NCBI GenBank assembly: GCA_032718475.1
Contig: JAUCBJ010003768.1
Location: 44,963 to 108,962, forward strand
Source of the DNA: Nemertoderma westbladi
Taxonomy: Eukaryota > Animalia > Xenacoelomorpha
Reading direction: 5' to 3'
DNA length: 64,000 bases
Under the pieces are notes generated by a model, which saw only the letters and a program-made list of their open reading frames with translations, was not told the origin of the DNA and ran no database searches. The position numbers and the translations under genes were made by a program. Shown piece by piece: positions 40,301-55,300 of the stretch (position 1 is its first letter; the number at the start of each line of letters is the position of its first letter).

Positions 40301-43300
40301 TCCTGGTTCTAAATCATTTACAGTAATCTCAGGATCCGAAACAGGGGATTTATTGACTGGAGTCCACCTGTAATAATTATAACAAAACGTCATTAATAAA
40401 ATTATATTTCAATAATAGATAACACTTTAAAATAAAATTGAAGACAGAAAACAGAAAATATTATGACATTAGATGTATTCATGCAAATTCATTACCTGTT
40501 GGTTGCCTTGTCAAGTTTCTCAACAAAGTATCCTTCAATTGGTCGACCACCATCTTTTTTGGGTGGTTTCCATGACAATTTCACACTATCTGTAGTCACA
40601 TCTTCCACAACTGGTTTTGATGGGGGATCAGGAGCTTCGAACATATTCTTAGCCACTACGGGAGATCCCTCGAGTGGTTCGGATATGCCAAACTGGTTCT
40701 CAGCTGAAACTCTAAACACATATTCTGAGCCTTCATTGAGTTTAGTTGCTGTAAAGGTTGTTTTTGAACACGTTTCTGTTACCTTAACCCAAACACTTCT
40801 CTTAACATCTCGTCTCTCAACAATGTATCCCAAAATATCCGAGCCGCCATCATCTTTGGGTGGTTCCCATGACAATGTAACAGAATCTTTTGTGGTTTCT
40901 GGATATTCCACTGGGCCTTGAGGTGGTGATGGTTTATCCAACACAGTAACATTAGCAGTCCCTTCGACCTCTCCTGAACTATTAGTTAAAAGTAATTTAT
41001 ACTTCCCGGAATCTGGGCGAGATGATTTATTTACTGTTAGTCTTGTAGAAGTAGCAGTAGTTTCTATAACAACCGCATTGCTAGGTGACAACTGTTTATC
41101 ACCATGGTACCATGTAGCAGTTGGAGGAGGACTTCCAGTAAACTTGACATTAAGATCAATAGGACTTCCAGCTTTGACTTTAACATCCTGTAAGTCACTC
41201 ATATCCATAGTAGGAGCTATTTTAGGAGTTTCAATTAAGGTCAGGGGAGTAGGTTTACTGGCTTCACCTGGCCCAACTTCATTAATTGCCTTTACACGGA
41301 ATTCTAACTCATCGCCTTTATTGAGCCCATCGACAGTGCATTTAGGCTCTGAGCACCTGAAATATTGTAAAAAAATAAACAATAAGTAATAGTGATACAT
41401 GAAAACAATAATTTTTATTGAAAATTATTCGGGACCAATACCTTTTATGTGAGACATAAAATTAAAATATATACCGGTATATCTTTACTTTAGTAACATG
41501 TCACATTTAGCCTCCCTATAAACTTTATCATATCATGGTTGACATATGTACTGATTATAGGGAATATTTCGAACACATTATATTAAAGATGGTTCTACCA
41601 GTTGAGTTAGTTTCTATTATGGTGTTTTGGTATTAAATACGATGCTGCTTTGACACTCTGCATAGGAAAGTGGATTGAAAGATGTCCTTGATCTTGGCGA
41701 TATATTGATATACAATGAAGTGTCATCAAAACAGTTACAAATAATGACGATATTAGTCTCAGCAGTTATGCTCGTTTATGAATAGCCGTTATTAGAATAA
41801 ATACACGTTCAAGTCACATGTCTAATGATTCAATTCTTGATTACAATTACATGACGCCTAGCCTACTTTATAGCTTGATGTGAAAGCGCCAGCTACCTTT
41901 TATTAGATTCGCTATAGAAAATTACTTAAACTGATGTGCCAAAATAATTGAAAGCTTTCCCATCTATCTTACAACAACTATATACATGTAAAGATGATAA
42001 TCATGACTATAAATCTAATCAAAGAATACCTTATTTTCATTCTTACCTTGTGCATTCTTCCCATTCGCCATCCGGTTTCCTCATCTCCACTACATATCCC
42101 TCCACATTACCATCACCATCATATGTCGGCTTCTCCCAGGCTAGAGTTACTGAGTCATCAGTAACAGCTTCAACCTCAGGCGTCCCAGGGGGTCCAGCCT
42201 GGAACACAGGATAGCGAGCGATCGCCTTCTCGCTTGGTTCTGATGGTTCTGATAAACCAGCAAGATTCTCTGCTGAAACACGGAACTCATATTCCTGACC
42301 TTCAATCAAGTTTGGAACTGTAATTTCAGTTCCTTTGACAGGATGTTTTCCAACTTTTGTCCATTTTCCAGAGCGAGTGTCTCTTTTTTCAACAACATAT
42401 CCTATAATAGGACTACCCCCATCAGATTCAGGTGGTTTCCATGACAAACTGATACTATCCGGAGTTGTTGTCTCGATTTCAGGTGGTGCTGGTGACGAAG
42501 GGGGGTCATATGGCAGCTTAGCAACTGTATATTGCTCTGTCTCCAGTGGTTCACTTTCACCTTCAAGATTAGCTGCAACAACCCTGAACATATACTCATG
42601 GTTCTCCTCTAGTTTAGGTACAGTTAGACTTGTTTTCGTTGTTGCTATGGGATTCACTCTGACCCAACGACCAGTCGCTTTGTCCATCTTCTCCACGTGG
42701 TACCCACTGATTGGACTTCCACCATCATCAGCTGGAGGTTTCCATGACAACACTGCCGATTCCCTGGTGACATCAGATACTTCAAGAGGTTCACCTGGTT
42801 TACCAGGCACATCGAGAACATTTACCTTAAGAGAACCCTCTGCAGAGCCAATCTCATTGGTCAATTTGATGCTGTACATGCCAGTATCGGACCTCACAAC
42901 TTTATCAATAGAAACAATTGTAAGACCTGGTTTACTCTTCTGCGTTTTAGCCTCATCAAGTGGAACGTCTTCTTTGGACCAACTAACAGTAGGTTCAGGA
43001 TTCCCTTCATAATCTAATTCGATGAGAAGAGGCTTTCCTGCTTTTAATGTAATATCTCTGAGTTTAGAAAGATCAAGTTTAGGGGCACATTTCGGGGAAA
43101 CAGCTTCAGTGGGAGAACTGGGTTCTCCAGGTCCCGCTTCATTTGAGGCACTGACTCGGAACTCGTAAGAATGTCCTGGTTCTAAATCATTTACAGTAAT
43201 CTCAGGATCCGAAACAGGGGATTTATTGACTCGTGTCCACCTGTAATAAATACAACAATAAAACATTCAATACCATATTAAATTACTACACTTTAGATAT

Positions 43301-46300
43301 AATTATACTTTATCTGCGATGAGAGCTCACATGAATTTGTATACAAGTTAACAAGTAATCAATCGTCCTTACCTGTTGGTTGCCTTGTCAAGTTTCTCAA
43401 CAAAGTATCCTTCAATTGGACGTCCGCCATCATTTTTGGGTGGTTTCCATGACAATTTCACACTATCTGTAGTCACATCTTCCACAACTGGTTTTGATGG
43501 GGGATCAGGAGCTTCGAACATATTCTTAGCCACAACGGGAGATCCCTCGAGTGGTTCGGATATGCCAAACTGGTTCTTCGCTGAAACTCGGAAAACATAT
43601 TCTGAACCTTCATTGAGTTTAGTTGCTGTCAAAGTTGTATCTAAGCAACTTTCTGTTACATTAACCCAAACACTTCTCTTAACATCTCGTCTCTCAACAA
43701 TGTATCCCAAAATATCCGATCCACCATCATCTTTGGGTGGTTTCCATGACAATCTAACAGAATCTTTTGTGGTTTCTGGATATTCCACTGGGCCTTGAGG
43801 TGGTGATGGTTTATCCAACACAGTAACATTAGCAGTCCCTTCGACCTCTCCTGAACTATTAGTTAAAAGTAATTTATACTTCCCGGAATCTGGGCGAGAT
43901 GATTTATTTACTGTTAGTCTTGTAGAAGTAGCAGTAGTTTCTATAACAACCGCATTGCTAGGTGACAACTGTTTATCACCATGGTACCATGTAGCAGTTG
44001 GAGGAGGACTTCCAGTGAACTTGACATTAAGATCAATAGGACTTCCAGCTTTGACTTTAACATCCTGTAAGTCACTCATATCCATAGTAGGAGCTATTTT
44101 AGGAGTTTCAATTAAGGTTAGAGGAGTAGGTTTACTGGCTTCACCTGGCCCAACTTCATTAATTGCCTTTACACGGAATTCTAACTCATCGCCTTTATTG
44201 AGACCATCGACAGTGCATTTAGGCTCTGTGCACCTGGCAAAATATATATAATAAATTCCTTTAATTTAATATTTTAACAAAGAATCCTTTAACAATTTGT
44301 ATTGTAATATAATTTATTATTTGATTAACAACATGTATTTATTTAATCGTGTTTGCTCACCTGGCGCACTCTTCCCATTCACCATCTGGCTTCTTCTTCT
44401 CCACAAGATAACCAGATATTTTCCCGCCACCATCATCTTCAGGTTTGGACCAATGTAAAGCAATAGAATTATCAGTAACATCATCAACCTCAGGTTGCCC
44501 TGGAGAACTGCACATTGCTGGATAATAATAAAAATATAACTAAAGTTAAACTAATTACTCCGAACAATAAAATAAACTTCCATATTAGGATATCTTACTA
44601 ACCAATTAAACTATTATGGATCATACCCCCACCCACTCATACAATCAAACCAACTAAAAACTAACCTATTGGGTATCTTGCTATAACTGTATCACTGGGT
44701 TCACTGGGTATTCCAATACCCGCGTCATTCTGAGCTGATATACGGAATTGGTATTCCGACCCCTCAAACAGATCAGTGGCCGTGTATTCGAGAGTTGTTA
44801 CGGGAGCTTTGTTGCATTTACTCCAACGCCCGCTGAAAATAATAATGAAGATTTATTATTCCCATTATGGGCTTGCTATCCCGTTATTTAGATGTGGTCG
44901 CAGGATTCAAGATTCCTCTTTATACCCTAAAAAGAGTCCCATATAAATACATATCATGGATGGATAAGAAAATGGGTATATACACTTTTACTAGAACAAG
45001 AAAACGGTCACACTTTTACTAGAACAAGAAAAGGGACATACTTTTACGAAGCTAGAAAAGGGACATACTTTCACTGGACCTAGAGAAGGGACATACTTTC
45101 ACGGGACCTAGAGAAGGGACATACTTTCACGGGACCTAGAGAAGGGACATACTTTCACGAGACCTAGAGAAGGGACATACTTTCACTGGACCTAGAGAAG
45201 GGACATACTTTCACTGGACCTAGAAACGGGACATACTTTCACTGGACCTAGAGACGGGACATACTTTCACGGGACCTAGAGACGGGACATACTTTCACGG
45301 GACCTAGAGACGGGACATACTTTTACGGGACCTAGAGAAGGGACATACTTTCACGGGACCTAGAGAAGGGACATACTTTCACGGGACCTAGAGACGGGAC
45401 ATATTTTCACGGGACCTAGAGAAGGGACATACTTTCACGGGACCTAGAGAAGGGACATACTTTCACTGGACCTAGAGAAGGGACATACTTTCACGGGACC
45501 TAGAGACGGGACATACTTTCACGGGACCTAGAGAAGGGACATACTTTTACGGGACCTAGAGAAGGGACATACTTTCACGGGACCTAGAGACGGGACATAC
45601 TTTCACGGGACCTAGAGACGGGACATACTTTCACGGGACCTAGAGACGGGACATACTTTCACGGGACCTAGAGACGGGACATACTTTCACGGGACCTAGA
45701 GAAGGGACATACTTTTACGGGACCTAGAGAAGGGACATACTTTCACGGGACCTAGAGACGGGACATACTTTCACGGGACCTAGAGACGGGACATACTTTC
45801 ACGGGACCTAGAGACGGGACATACTTTCACGGGACCTAGAGACGGGACATACTTTCACTGGTCCTAGAGAAGGGACATACTTTCACGGGACCTAGAGAAG
45901 GGATTTACTTTTACGGGACCTAGAGAAGGGACATACTTTCACGGGACCTAGAGACGGGACATACTTTCACGGGACCTAGAGAAGGGACATACTTTCACGG
46001 GACCTAGAGAAGAGACATACTTTTACGGAAGCTTGAAAAGGCACATTCCAGCGTTTAGCAATAATAAGGAAAAAACACCTTAAGGCGGCGTGTTATTCTA
46101 TTCTAATATTTTTACAGGACCAAGGAAAGGGATATACTTTAACATAACTTACGTGTTTTTATCTCGTTTCTCAATCCAGTATCCACTGATTGGATTCCCT
46201 CCATCGTTTTCCGGCGGTTTCCAAGTAACCGTGATGGTCGTGGGAGTTGTATCTATAACATCTGGTTTACTGGGAGCATCCGGTTCATCTGGGAGACAAA

Positions 46301-49300
46301 CCATAATTCGATATAGTCTAGTAAATACGAAAGGGGAAATTTGGTCTCCGAGTTAATCATAATAACCCAGATTCTGTTTGCTCAAATATTACTCACTGCT
46401 AACAGCAGAGCTAATCTATTGCCAGTGACATGCATTTTTATTTTTTTTGACCGAATTTTGCCAAATTCATAGGTACTTGTTGTGGCCGCTACTCCAATGG
46501 TCCGATTATTTTTATAAGCCATCACTAGCAATTTCATACTCAGCAACAACATACATACTGTTACTTTCACAGTTTAGCCTTGACTATGAAGATTTAATAC
46601 ATAGTTTAACCAGATATATTTATGAATAACGTATCGGATTGTAGTTTAACCAGGATGTTTATGAATAACGTCATGTAAGGTAGTTTAACCAGTATGTTTA
46701 TGAATAACTTACCGTATGGTAGTTTAACCAATATTATTATGAATAACTTACCGTATGGTAGTTTAACCAATATGATTATGAATAACTTACCGTATGGTAG
46801 TTTAACCAATATTATTATGAATAACTTACCGTATGGTAGTTTAACCAATATGATTATGAATAACTTACCGTAAGGTAGTTTAACCAGTATGATTATGAAT
46901 AACTTACCGTATGGTAGTTTAACCAATATTATTATGAATAACTTACCGTATGGTAGTTTAACCAATATGATTATGAATAACTTACCGTATAGTAGTTTAA
47001 CCAGTATATCTATATGAATAACTTACCGTATGGTAGTTTAACCAGTATATGTATATGAATAACTTACCGTATGGTAGTTTAACCAATATGATTATGAATA
47101 ACTTACCGTATGGTAGTTTAACCAATATGATTATGAATAACTTACAGTATGGTAGTTTAACCAATATGATTATGAATAACTTACAGTATGGTAGTTTAAC
47201 CAATATGATTATGAATAACGTACCGGATTGTAGTTTAACCAGTATATATTTATGAATAACGTACCGTATGGTAATTTGACCAGTATTGGCTCTGTTGTCT
47301 CCAATGGTTCCGACACTCCTTGTGCGTTCTCTGCTGCAACTCGGAACTTATATGAGTTGCCCTCTGTTAACTTCGGCACGGTAAACGTTGTCTTATCAAT
47401 CGTAGCGCTCACTTTACTCCACTTCTTTGCTTTTATATCGAATTTCTCAACGATATAATTTGTGATCTATAAAATAAAAATTAATATCAGTTTCAGCTAA
47501 TATATACACGGAATATTAGGTTTTGATTCAATATTCTGCGACTTGGGGTATCCCATCCAAAACCTCGGAATGAAGAAATTTAAGAACAGAGCCTGGATTG
47601 GAACCTGTAAGCAGCCGAAAACAACTAAATGAATGATAAAATACGAAGATATGTCGTTTAATGCACAAACTGAAATAAACAACAACCCTTTCCTGTTGGA
47701 GACAACATTATAAAAAAAAAGGGGAAACTGACTCCAACATGTTTTATAGAATTTCAGTAATGTAGAGATATATGTGTATCCCCACGCCCACCCTCCACCC
47801 CCCAAACAGCCTTACAGGCTTCTGATGTTTTAGATCTGCTATCGCACTAACGTATTGCACTGCGACCAAATTATTTTTACTCCGTCTCATATACCTGATC
47901 TTGTCAACAAGGTTAAATAACCTATAGATCAGATGTATTAATTAATACAGACGTGGTTTCCTTCATTTATAGAGTAATGAAGCTCGATAAACTGTATTTA
48001 ATATTGGTTACTCTATTGGTAACTTTATTGGTAACTCTATTGGTTACTTTATTGGTTACTCTATTGGTAACTCTATTGGTTACTTTATTGGTAACTCTAT
48101 TGGTTACTCTATTGGTAACTCTATTGGTTACTCTATTAGTAATTCTATTGGTTACTCTATTGGTAACTTTATTGGTAACTCTATTTGTAACTCTATTGGT
48201 TACTCTATTTGTAACTCTATTGGTTACTGTATTTGTAACTCTATTGGTTACTGTATTTGTAACTCTATTGGTTACTGTATTTGTAACTCTATTGGTTACT
48301 CTATTTGTAACTCTATTGGTTACTGTATTTGTAACTCTATTGGTAACTTTATTGGTAACTCTATTGGTTACTCTATTAGTAATTCTATTGGTTACTCTAT
48401 TGGTAACTTTATTGGTAACTCTATTTGTAACTCTATTGGTTACTGTATTTGTAACTCTATTGGTTACTGTATTTGTAACTCTATTGGTTACTGTATTTGT
48501 AACTCTATTGGTTACTGTATTTGTAACTCTATTGGTTACTGTATTTGTAACTCTATTGGTTACTGTATTTGTAACTCTATTGGTAACTTTATTGGTAACT
48601 CTATTGCTTACTCTATTGGTAACTCTATTGGTTACTCTATTGGTAACTTTATTGGTAACTCTATTGGTTACTCTATTGGTAACTCTATTGGTTACTGTAT
48701 TTGTAATTCTATTGGTTACTGTATTTGTAACTCTAGTGGTTTCTCTATTGGTTACTGTATTTGTAACTCTATTGGTTACTGTATTTGTAACTCTATTGGT
48801 TACTGTATTTGTAACTCTATTGGTAACTTTATTGGTAACTCTATTGCTTACTCTATTGGTAACTCTATTGGTTACTCTATTGGTAACTATATTGGTAACT
48901 CTATTGGTTACTCTATTGGTAACTCTATTGGTTACTGTATTTGTAACTCTATTGCCTATTGGTTTATCTATTGGTTACTGTATTTGTAACTCTATTGGTT
49001 ACTGTATTTGTAACTCTATTGGTTACTCTATTGGTTACTGTATTTGTAACTCTATTGGTTACTGTATTTGTAACTCTATTGGTTACTGTATTTGTAACTC
49101 TATTGGTTACTCTATTGGTTACTGTATTTGTAACTCTATTGGTTACTGTATTTGTAACTCTATTGGTTACTGTATTTGTAACTCTATTGGTTACTGTATT
49201 TGTAACTCTATTGGTTACTGTATTTGTAACTCTAGTGGTTACTGTATTTGTAACTCTATTGGTTACTATATTAGTAACTCCCTTGGTTACTCTATTGGTT

Positions 49301-52300
49301 ACTGTATTTGTAACTCTATTGGTTACTGTATTTGTAACTCTATTGGTTACTCTATTGGTAACTCTAGTGGTTACTGTATTTGTAACTCTATTGGTTACTC
49401 TATTGGTAACTCAATTGCCTATTGGTTTCTCTATTGGTTTCTCTATTGGTTACTGTATTTGTAACTCTATTGGTTACTCTATTGGTAACTCTATTACCTA
49501 TTGGTTTCTCTATTGGTTACTCTATTGGTAACTCTATTGGTTACTGTATTTGTAACTCTATTGGTTACTGTATTTGTAACTCTATTGGTTACTGTATTTG
49601 TAACTCTATTGGTTACTGTATTTGTAACTCTATTGGTAACTCTATTGGTAACTCTATTGGTTACTCTATTTGTAACTCTATTGGTTACTCTATTGGTAAC
49701 TCTATTGGTTACTGTATTTGTAACTCTATTGGTTACTGTATTTGTAACTCTATTGGTTACTCTATTTGTAACTCTATTGGTTACTTTATTGGTTACTTTA
49801 TTGGTTACTTTATTGGTAACTCTATTGGTTTCTCTATTGGTTACTGTATTTGTAACTCTATTGGTTTCTCTATTGGTTACTGTATTGGTTACTTCATTGG
49901 TAACTCTATTGGTTTCTCTATTGGTTACTGTATTTGTAACTCTATTGGTAACTCTATTGGTAACTCTATTGGTAACTCTATTGGTTACTTTATTGGTTAC
50001 TTTATTGGTAACTCTATTGCCTATTGGTTTCTCTATTGGTTACTGTATTTGTAACTCTATTGGTTACTCTATTGGTAACTCTATTGGTTTCTCTATTGGT
50101 TACTGTATTTGTAACTCTATTGGTTACTGTATTGGTTTCTCTATTGGTTACTGCATTTGTACTACTTTATTGGTAACTCTATTGGTTACTCTATTGGTTA
50201 CTGTATTTGTAACTCTATTGGTTACTGTATTTGTAACTCTATTGGTTACTCTATTTGTAACTCTATTGGTTACTGTATTTGTAACTCTATTGGTTACTTT
50301 ATTGGTTACTTTATTGGTAACTCTATTGGTTACTTTATTGGTTACTTTATTGGTAACTCTATTGGTTTCTCTATTGGTTACTGTATTTGTAACTCTATTG
50401 GTAACTCTATTGCCTATTGGTTACTCTATTGGTTACTGTATTTGTAACTCTATTGGTTACTGTATTTGTAACTCTATTGGTTACTCTATTGGTAACTCTA
50501 TTGGTTACTCTATTTGTAACTCTATTGGTTACTCTATTTGTAACTCTATTGGTTACTGTATTTGTAACTCTATTGGTTACTTTATTGGTTACTTTATTGG
50601 TAACTCTATTGGTTACTTTATTGGTTACTTTATTGGTAACTCTATTGGTTTCTCTATTGGTTACTGTATTTGTAACTCTATTGGTTACTGTATTTGTAAC
50701 TCTATTGGTTACTCTATTTGTAACTCTATTGGTTACTGTATTTGTAACTCTATTGGTTACTGTATTTGTAACTCTATTGGTTACTCTATTTGTAACTCTA
50801 TTGGTTACTGTATTTGTAACTCTATTGGTAACTCTATTGCCTATTGGTTACTCTATTGGTTACTGTATTTGTAACTCTATTGGTTACTGTATTTGTAACT
50901 CTATTGGTTACTGTATTTGTAACTCTATTGGTTACTCTATTTGTAACTCTATTGGTTACTCATTTGTAACTCTATTGGTTGCTGTATTTGTAACTCTTTT
51001 GGTAACTATATTGGTAACTCTATTGGTTTATCTATTGGTTACTCTATTTGTAACTCTATTGGTTACTCTATTTGTAACTCTATTGGTTACTGTATTTGTA
51101 ACTCTATTGGTTACTTTATTGGTTACTTTATTGATAACTCTATTGGTTACTTTATTGGTTACTTTATTGGTAACTCTATTGGTTTCTCTATTGGTTACTG
51201 TATTTGTAACTCTATTGGTTACTGTATTTGTAACTCTATTGGTTACTCTATTTGTAACTCTATTGGTTACTGTATTTGTAACTCTATTGGTTACTGTATT
51301 TGTAACTCTATTGGTTACTCTATTTGTAACTCTATTGGTTACTGTATTTGTAACTCTATTGGTAACTCTATTGCCTATTGGTTACTCTATTGGTTACTGT
51401 ATTTGTAACTCTATTGGTTACTGTATTTGTAACTCTATTGGTTACTGTATTTGTAACTCTATTGGTTACTCTATTTGTAACTCTATTGGTTACTCATTTG
51501 TAACTCTATTGGTTGCTGTATTTGTAACTCTTTTGGTAACTATATTGGTAACTCTCTTGGTTTCTCTATTGGTTACTGTATTTGTAACTCTATTGGTTAC
51601 TGTATTTGTAACTCTATTGGTTACTCTATTTGTAACTCTATTGGTTACTGTATTTGTAACTCTATTGGTTACTGTATTTGTAACTCTATTGGTTACTCTA
51701 TTTGTAACTCTATTGGTTACTGTATTTGTAACTCTATTGGTAACTCTATTGCCTATTGGTTACTGTATTTGTAACTCTATTGGTTACTGTATTTGTAACT
51801 CTATTGGTTACTGTATTTGTAACTCTATTGGTTACTCTATTTGTAACTCTATTGGTTACTCATTTGTAACTCTATTGGTTGCTGTATTTGTAACTCTTTT
51901 GGTAACTATATTGGTAACTCTATTGGTTTCTCTATTGGTTACTGTATTTGTAACTCTATTGGTTACTGTATTTGTAACTCTATTGGTAACTCTATTGCCT
52001 ATTGGTTACTCTATTGGTTACTGTATTTGTAACTCCATTGGTTACTGTATTCGTAACTCTATTGGTTACTCTATTTGTAACTCTATTGGTTACTGTATTT
52101 GTAACTCTATTGGTTACTCTATTTGTAACTCTATTGGTTACTCATTTGTAACTCTATTGGTTGCTGTATTTGTAACTCTATTGGTTACTCTATTTGTAAC
52201 TCTATTGGTTACTGTATTTGTAACTCTATTGGTTACTGTATTTGTAACTCTATTGGTAACTCTATTGCCTATTGGTTACTCTATTGGTTACTGTATTTGT

Positions 52301-55300
52301 AACTCTATTGGTTACTCTATTTGTAACTCTATTGGTTACTCATTTGTAACTCTATTGGTTGCTGTATTTGTAACTCTATTGGTTACTCTATTTGTAACTC
52401 TATTGGTTACTGTATTTGTAACTCTATTGGTTACTGTATTTGTAACTCTATTGGTAACTCTATTGCCTATTGGTTACTCTATTGGTTACTGTATTTGTAA
52501 CTCTATTGGTTACTGTATTCGTAACTCTATTGGTTACTCTATTTGTAACTCTATTGGTTACTGTATTTGTAACTCTATTGGTTACTCTATTTGTAACTCT
52601 ATTGGTTACTCATTTGTAACTCTATTGGTTACTGTATTCGTAACTCTATTGGTTACTCTATTTGTAACTCTATTGGTTACTGTATTTGTAACTCTATTGG
52701 TTACTCTATTTGTAACTCTATTGGTTACTCTATTTGTAACTCTATTGGTTACTGTAATTGTAACTCTATTGGTAACTCTATTGCCTATTGGTTACTCTAT
52801 TGGTTACTGTATTTGTAACTCTATTGGTTACTGTATTCGTAACTCTATTGGTTACTCTATTTGTAACTCTATTGGTTACTGTATTTGTAACTCTATTGGT
52901 TACTCTATTTGTAACTCTATTGGTTACTGTATTTGTAACTCTATTGGTTACTTTATTGGTTACTTTATTGATAACTCTATTGGTTACTTTATTGGTTACT
53001 TTATTGGTAACTCTATTGGTTTCTCTATTGGTTACTGTATTTGTAACTCTATTGGTTACTGTATTTGTAACTCTATTGGTTACTCTATTTGTAACTCTAT
53101 TGGTTACTGTATTTGTAACTCTATTGGTTACTGTATTTGTAACTCTATTGGTTACTCTATTTGTAACTCTATTGGTTACTGTATTTGTAACTCTATTGGT
53201 AACTCTATTGCCTATTGGTTACTCTATTGGTTACTGTATTTGTAACTCTATTGGTTACTGTATTTGTAACTCTATTGGTTACTGTATTTGTAACTCTATT
53301 GGTTACTCTATTTGTAACTCTATTGGTTACTCATTTGTAACTCTATTGGTTGCTGTATTTGTAACTCTTTTGGTAACTATATTGGTAACTCTCTTGGTTT
53401 CTCTATTGGTTACTGTATTTGTAACTCTATTGGTTACTGTATTTGTAACTCTATTGGTTACTCTATTTGTAACTCTATTGGTTACTGTATTTGTAACTCT
53501 ATTGGTTACTGTATTTGTAACTCTATTGGTTACTCTATTTGTAACTCTATTGGTTACTGTATTTGTAACTCTATTGGTAACTCTATTGCCTATTGGTTAC
53601 TGTATTTGTAACTCTATTGGTTACTGTATTTGTAACTCTATTGGTTACTGTATTTGTAACTCTATTGGTTACTCTATTTGTAACTCTATTGGTTACTCAT
53701 TTGTAACTCTATTGGTTGCTGTATTTGTAACTCTTTTGGTAACTATATTGGTAACTCTATTGGTTTCTCTATTGGTTACTGTATTTGTAACTCTATTGGT
53801 TACTGTATTTGTAACTCTATTGGTAACTCTATTGCCTATTGGTTACTCTATTGGTTACTGTATTTGTAACTCTATTGGTTACTGTATTCGTAACTCTATT
53901 GGTTACTCTATTTGTAACTCTATTGGTTACTGTATTTGTAACTCTATTGGTTACTCTATTTGTAACTCTATTGGTTACTCATTTGTAACTCTATTGGTTG
54001 CTGTATTTGTAACTCTATTGGTTACTCTATTTGTAACTCTATTGGTTACTGTATTTGTAACTCTATTGGTTACTGTATTTGTAACTCTATTGGTAACTCT
54101 ATTGCCTATTGGTTACTCTATTGGTTACTGTATTTGTAACTCTATTGGTTACTCTATTTGTAACTCTATTGGTTACTCATTTGTAACTCTATTGGTTGCT
54201 GTATTTGTAACTCTATTGGTTACTCTATTTGTAACTCTATTGGTTACTGTATTTGTAACTCTATTGGTTACTGTATTTGTAACTCTATTGGTAACTCTAT
54301 TGCCTATTGGTTACTCTATTGGTTACTGTATTTGTAACTCTATTGGTTACTGTATTCGTAACTCTATTGGTTACTCTATTTGTAACTCTATTGGTTACTG
54401 TATTTGTAACTCTATTGGTTACTCTATTTGTAACTCTATTGGTTACTCATTTGTAACTCTATTGGTTACTGTATTCGTAACTCTATTGGTTACTCTATTT
54501 GTAACTCTATTGGTTACTGTATTTGTAACTCTATTGGTTACTCTATTTGTAACTCTATTGGTTACTCTATTTGTAACTCTATTGGTTACTGTAATTGTAA
54601 CTCTATTGGTAACTCTATTGCCTATTGGTTACTCTATTGGTTACTGTATTTGTAACTCTATTGGTTACTGTATTCGTAACTCTATTGGTTACTCTATTTG
54701 TAACTCTATTGGTTACTGTATTTGTAACTCTATTGGTTACTCTATTTGTAACTCTATTGGTTACTCATTTGTAACTCTATTGGTTGCTGTATTTGTAACT
54801 CTTTTGGTAACTATATTGGTAACTATATTGGTTTCTCTATTGCTTACTATATTTGTAACTCTATTGGTTACTGTATTTGTAACTCTATTTGTAACTCTAT
54901 TGGTTATTATATTTATTCTTTATTCTATTCTACCTTTATTTATTCTAGCGGGGTGAATGTCAATTAGGTTATTCATTAGTTTTCCTAGAAAACAGGAAAA
55001 CAGGAAATTACTTGTGATTAATTAAACAAATAACGCACAAAAAACGTCACGGAGTTTTGTAAATAATCAGCTTACTCTAATATATTTATTTGGAATCAGT
55101 AATAGAAGTTCTACTGGAATAATTAACTAAGTTAAGTATAAATACACAGATGGATAACATTAAATTGAATTCAATATACGGTTCATCGAGTTAATATAGC
55201 TTTCGGTTATAAGTCGCCATTTAACTTGGATACTTAAAGGAATCCTCCGTTACCATAGTTACTTATAGGAATCCTCCGTTACCATGGTTACTAACAAGTA

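Noticed and set aside
30312-44251. Plus-strand ORFs of 85-225 aa
   Set aside because: Antisense shadows of the titin-like exons.
44970-46140. 28-bp array as a sixth donor-derived array
   Set aside because: It starts near the donor, but the unit contains no recognisable exon sequence or the donor itself.
46606-47203. In-frame (LVKLPYGKLFIII)n extension of the titin-like protein through alternative donors
   Set aside because: The first unit is 41 nt and a stop occurs at 47209, so the repeat frame cannot be reached from the exon.
47953-54956. Very long ORFs (up to 942 aa, VTLL / IGYCICNS repeats)
   Set aside because: Translations of a 12-bp satellite lacking stops, antisense within an intron; no evidence of coding function.
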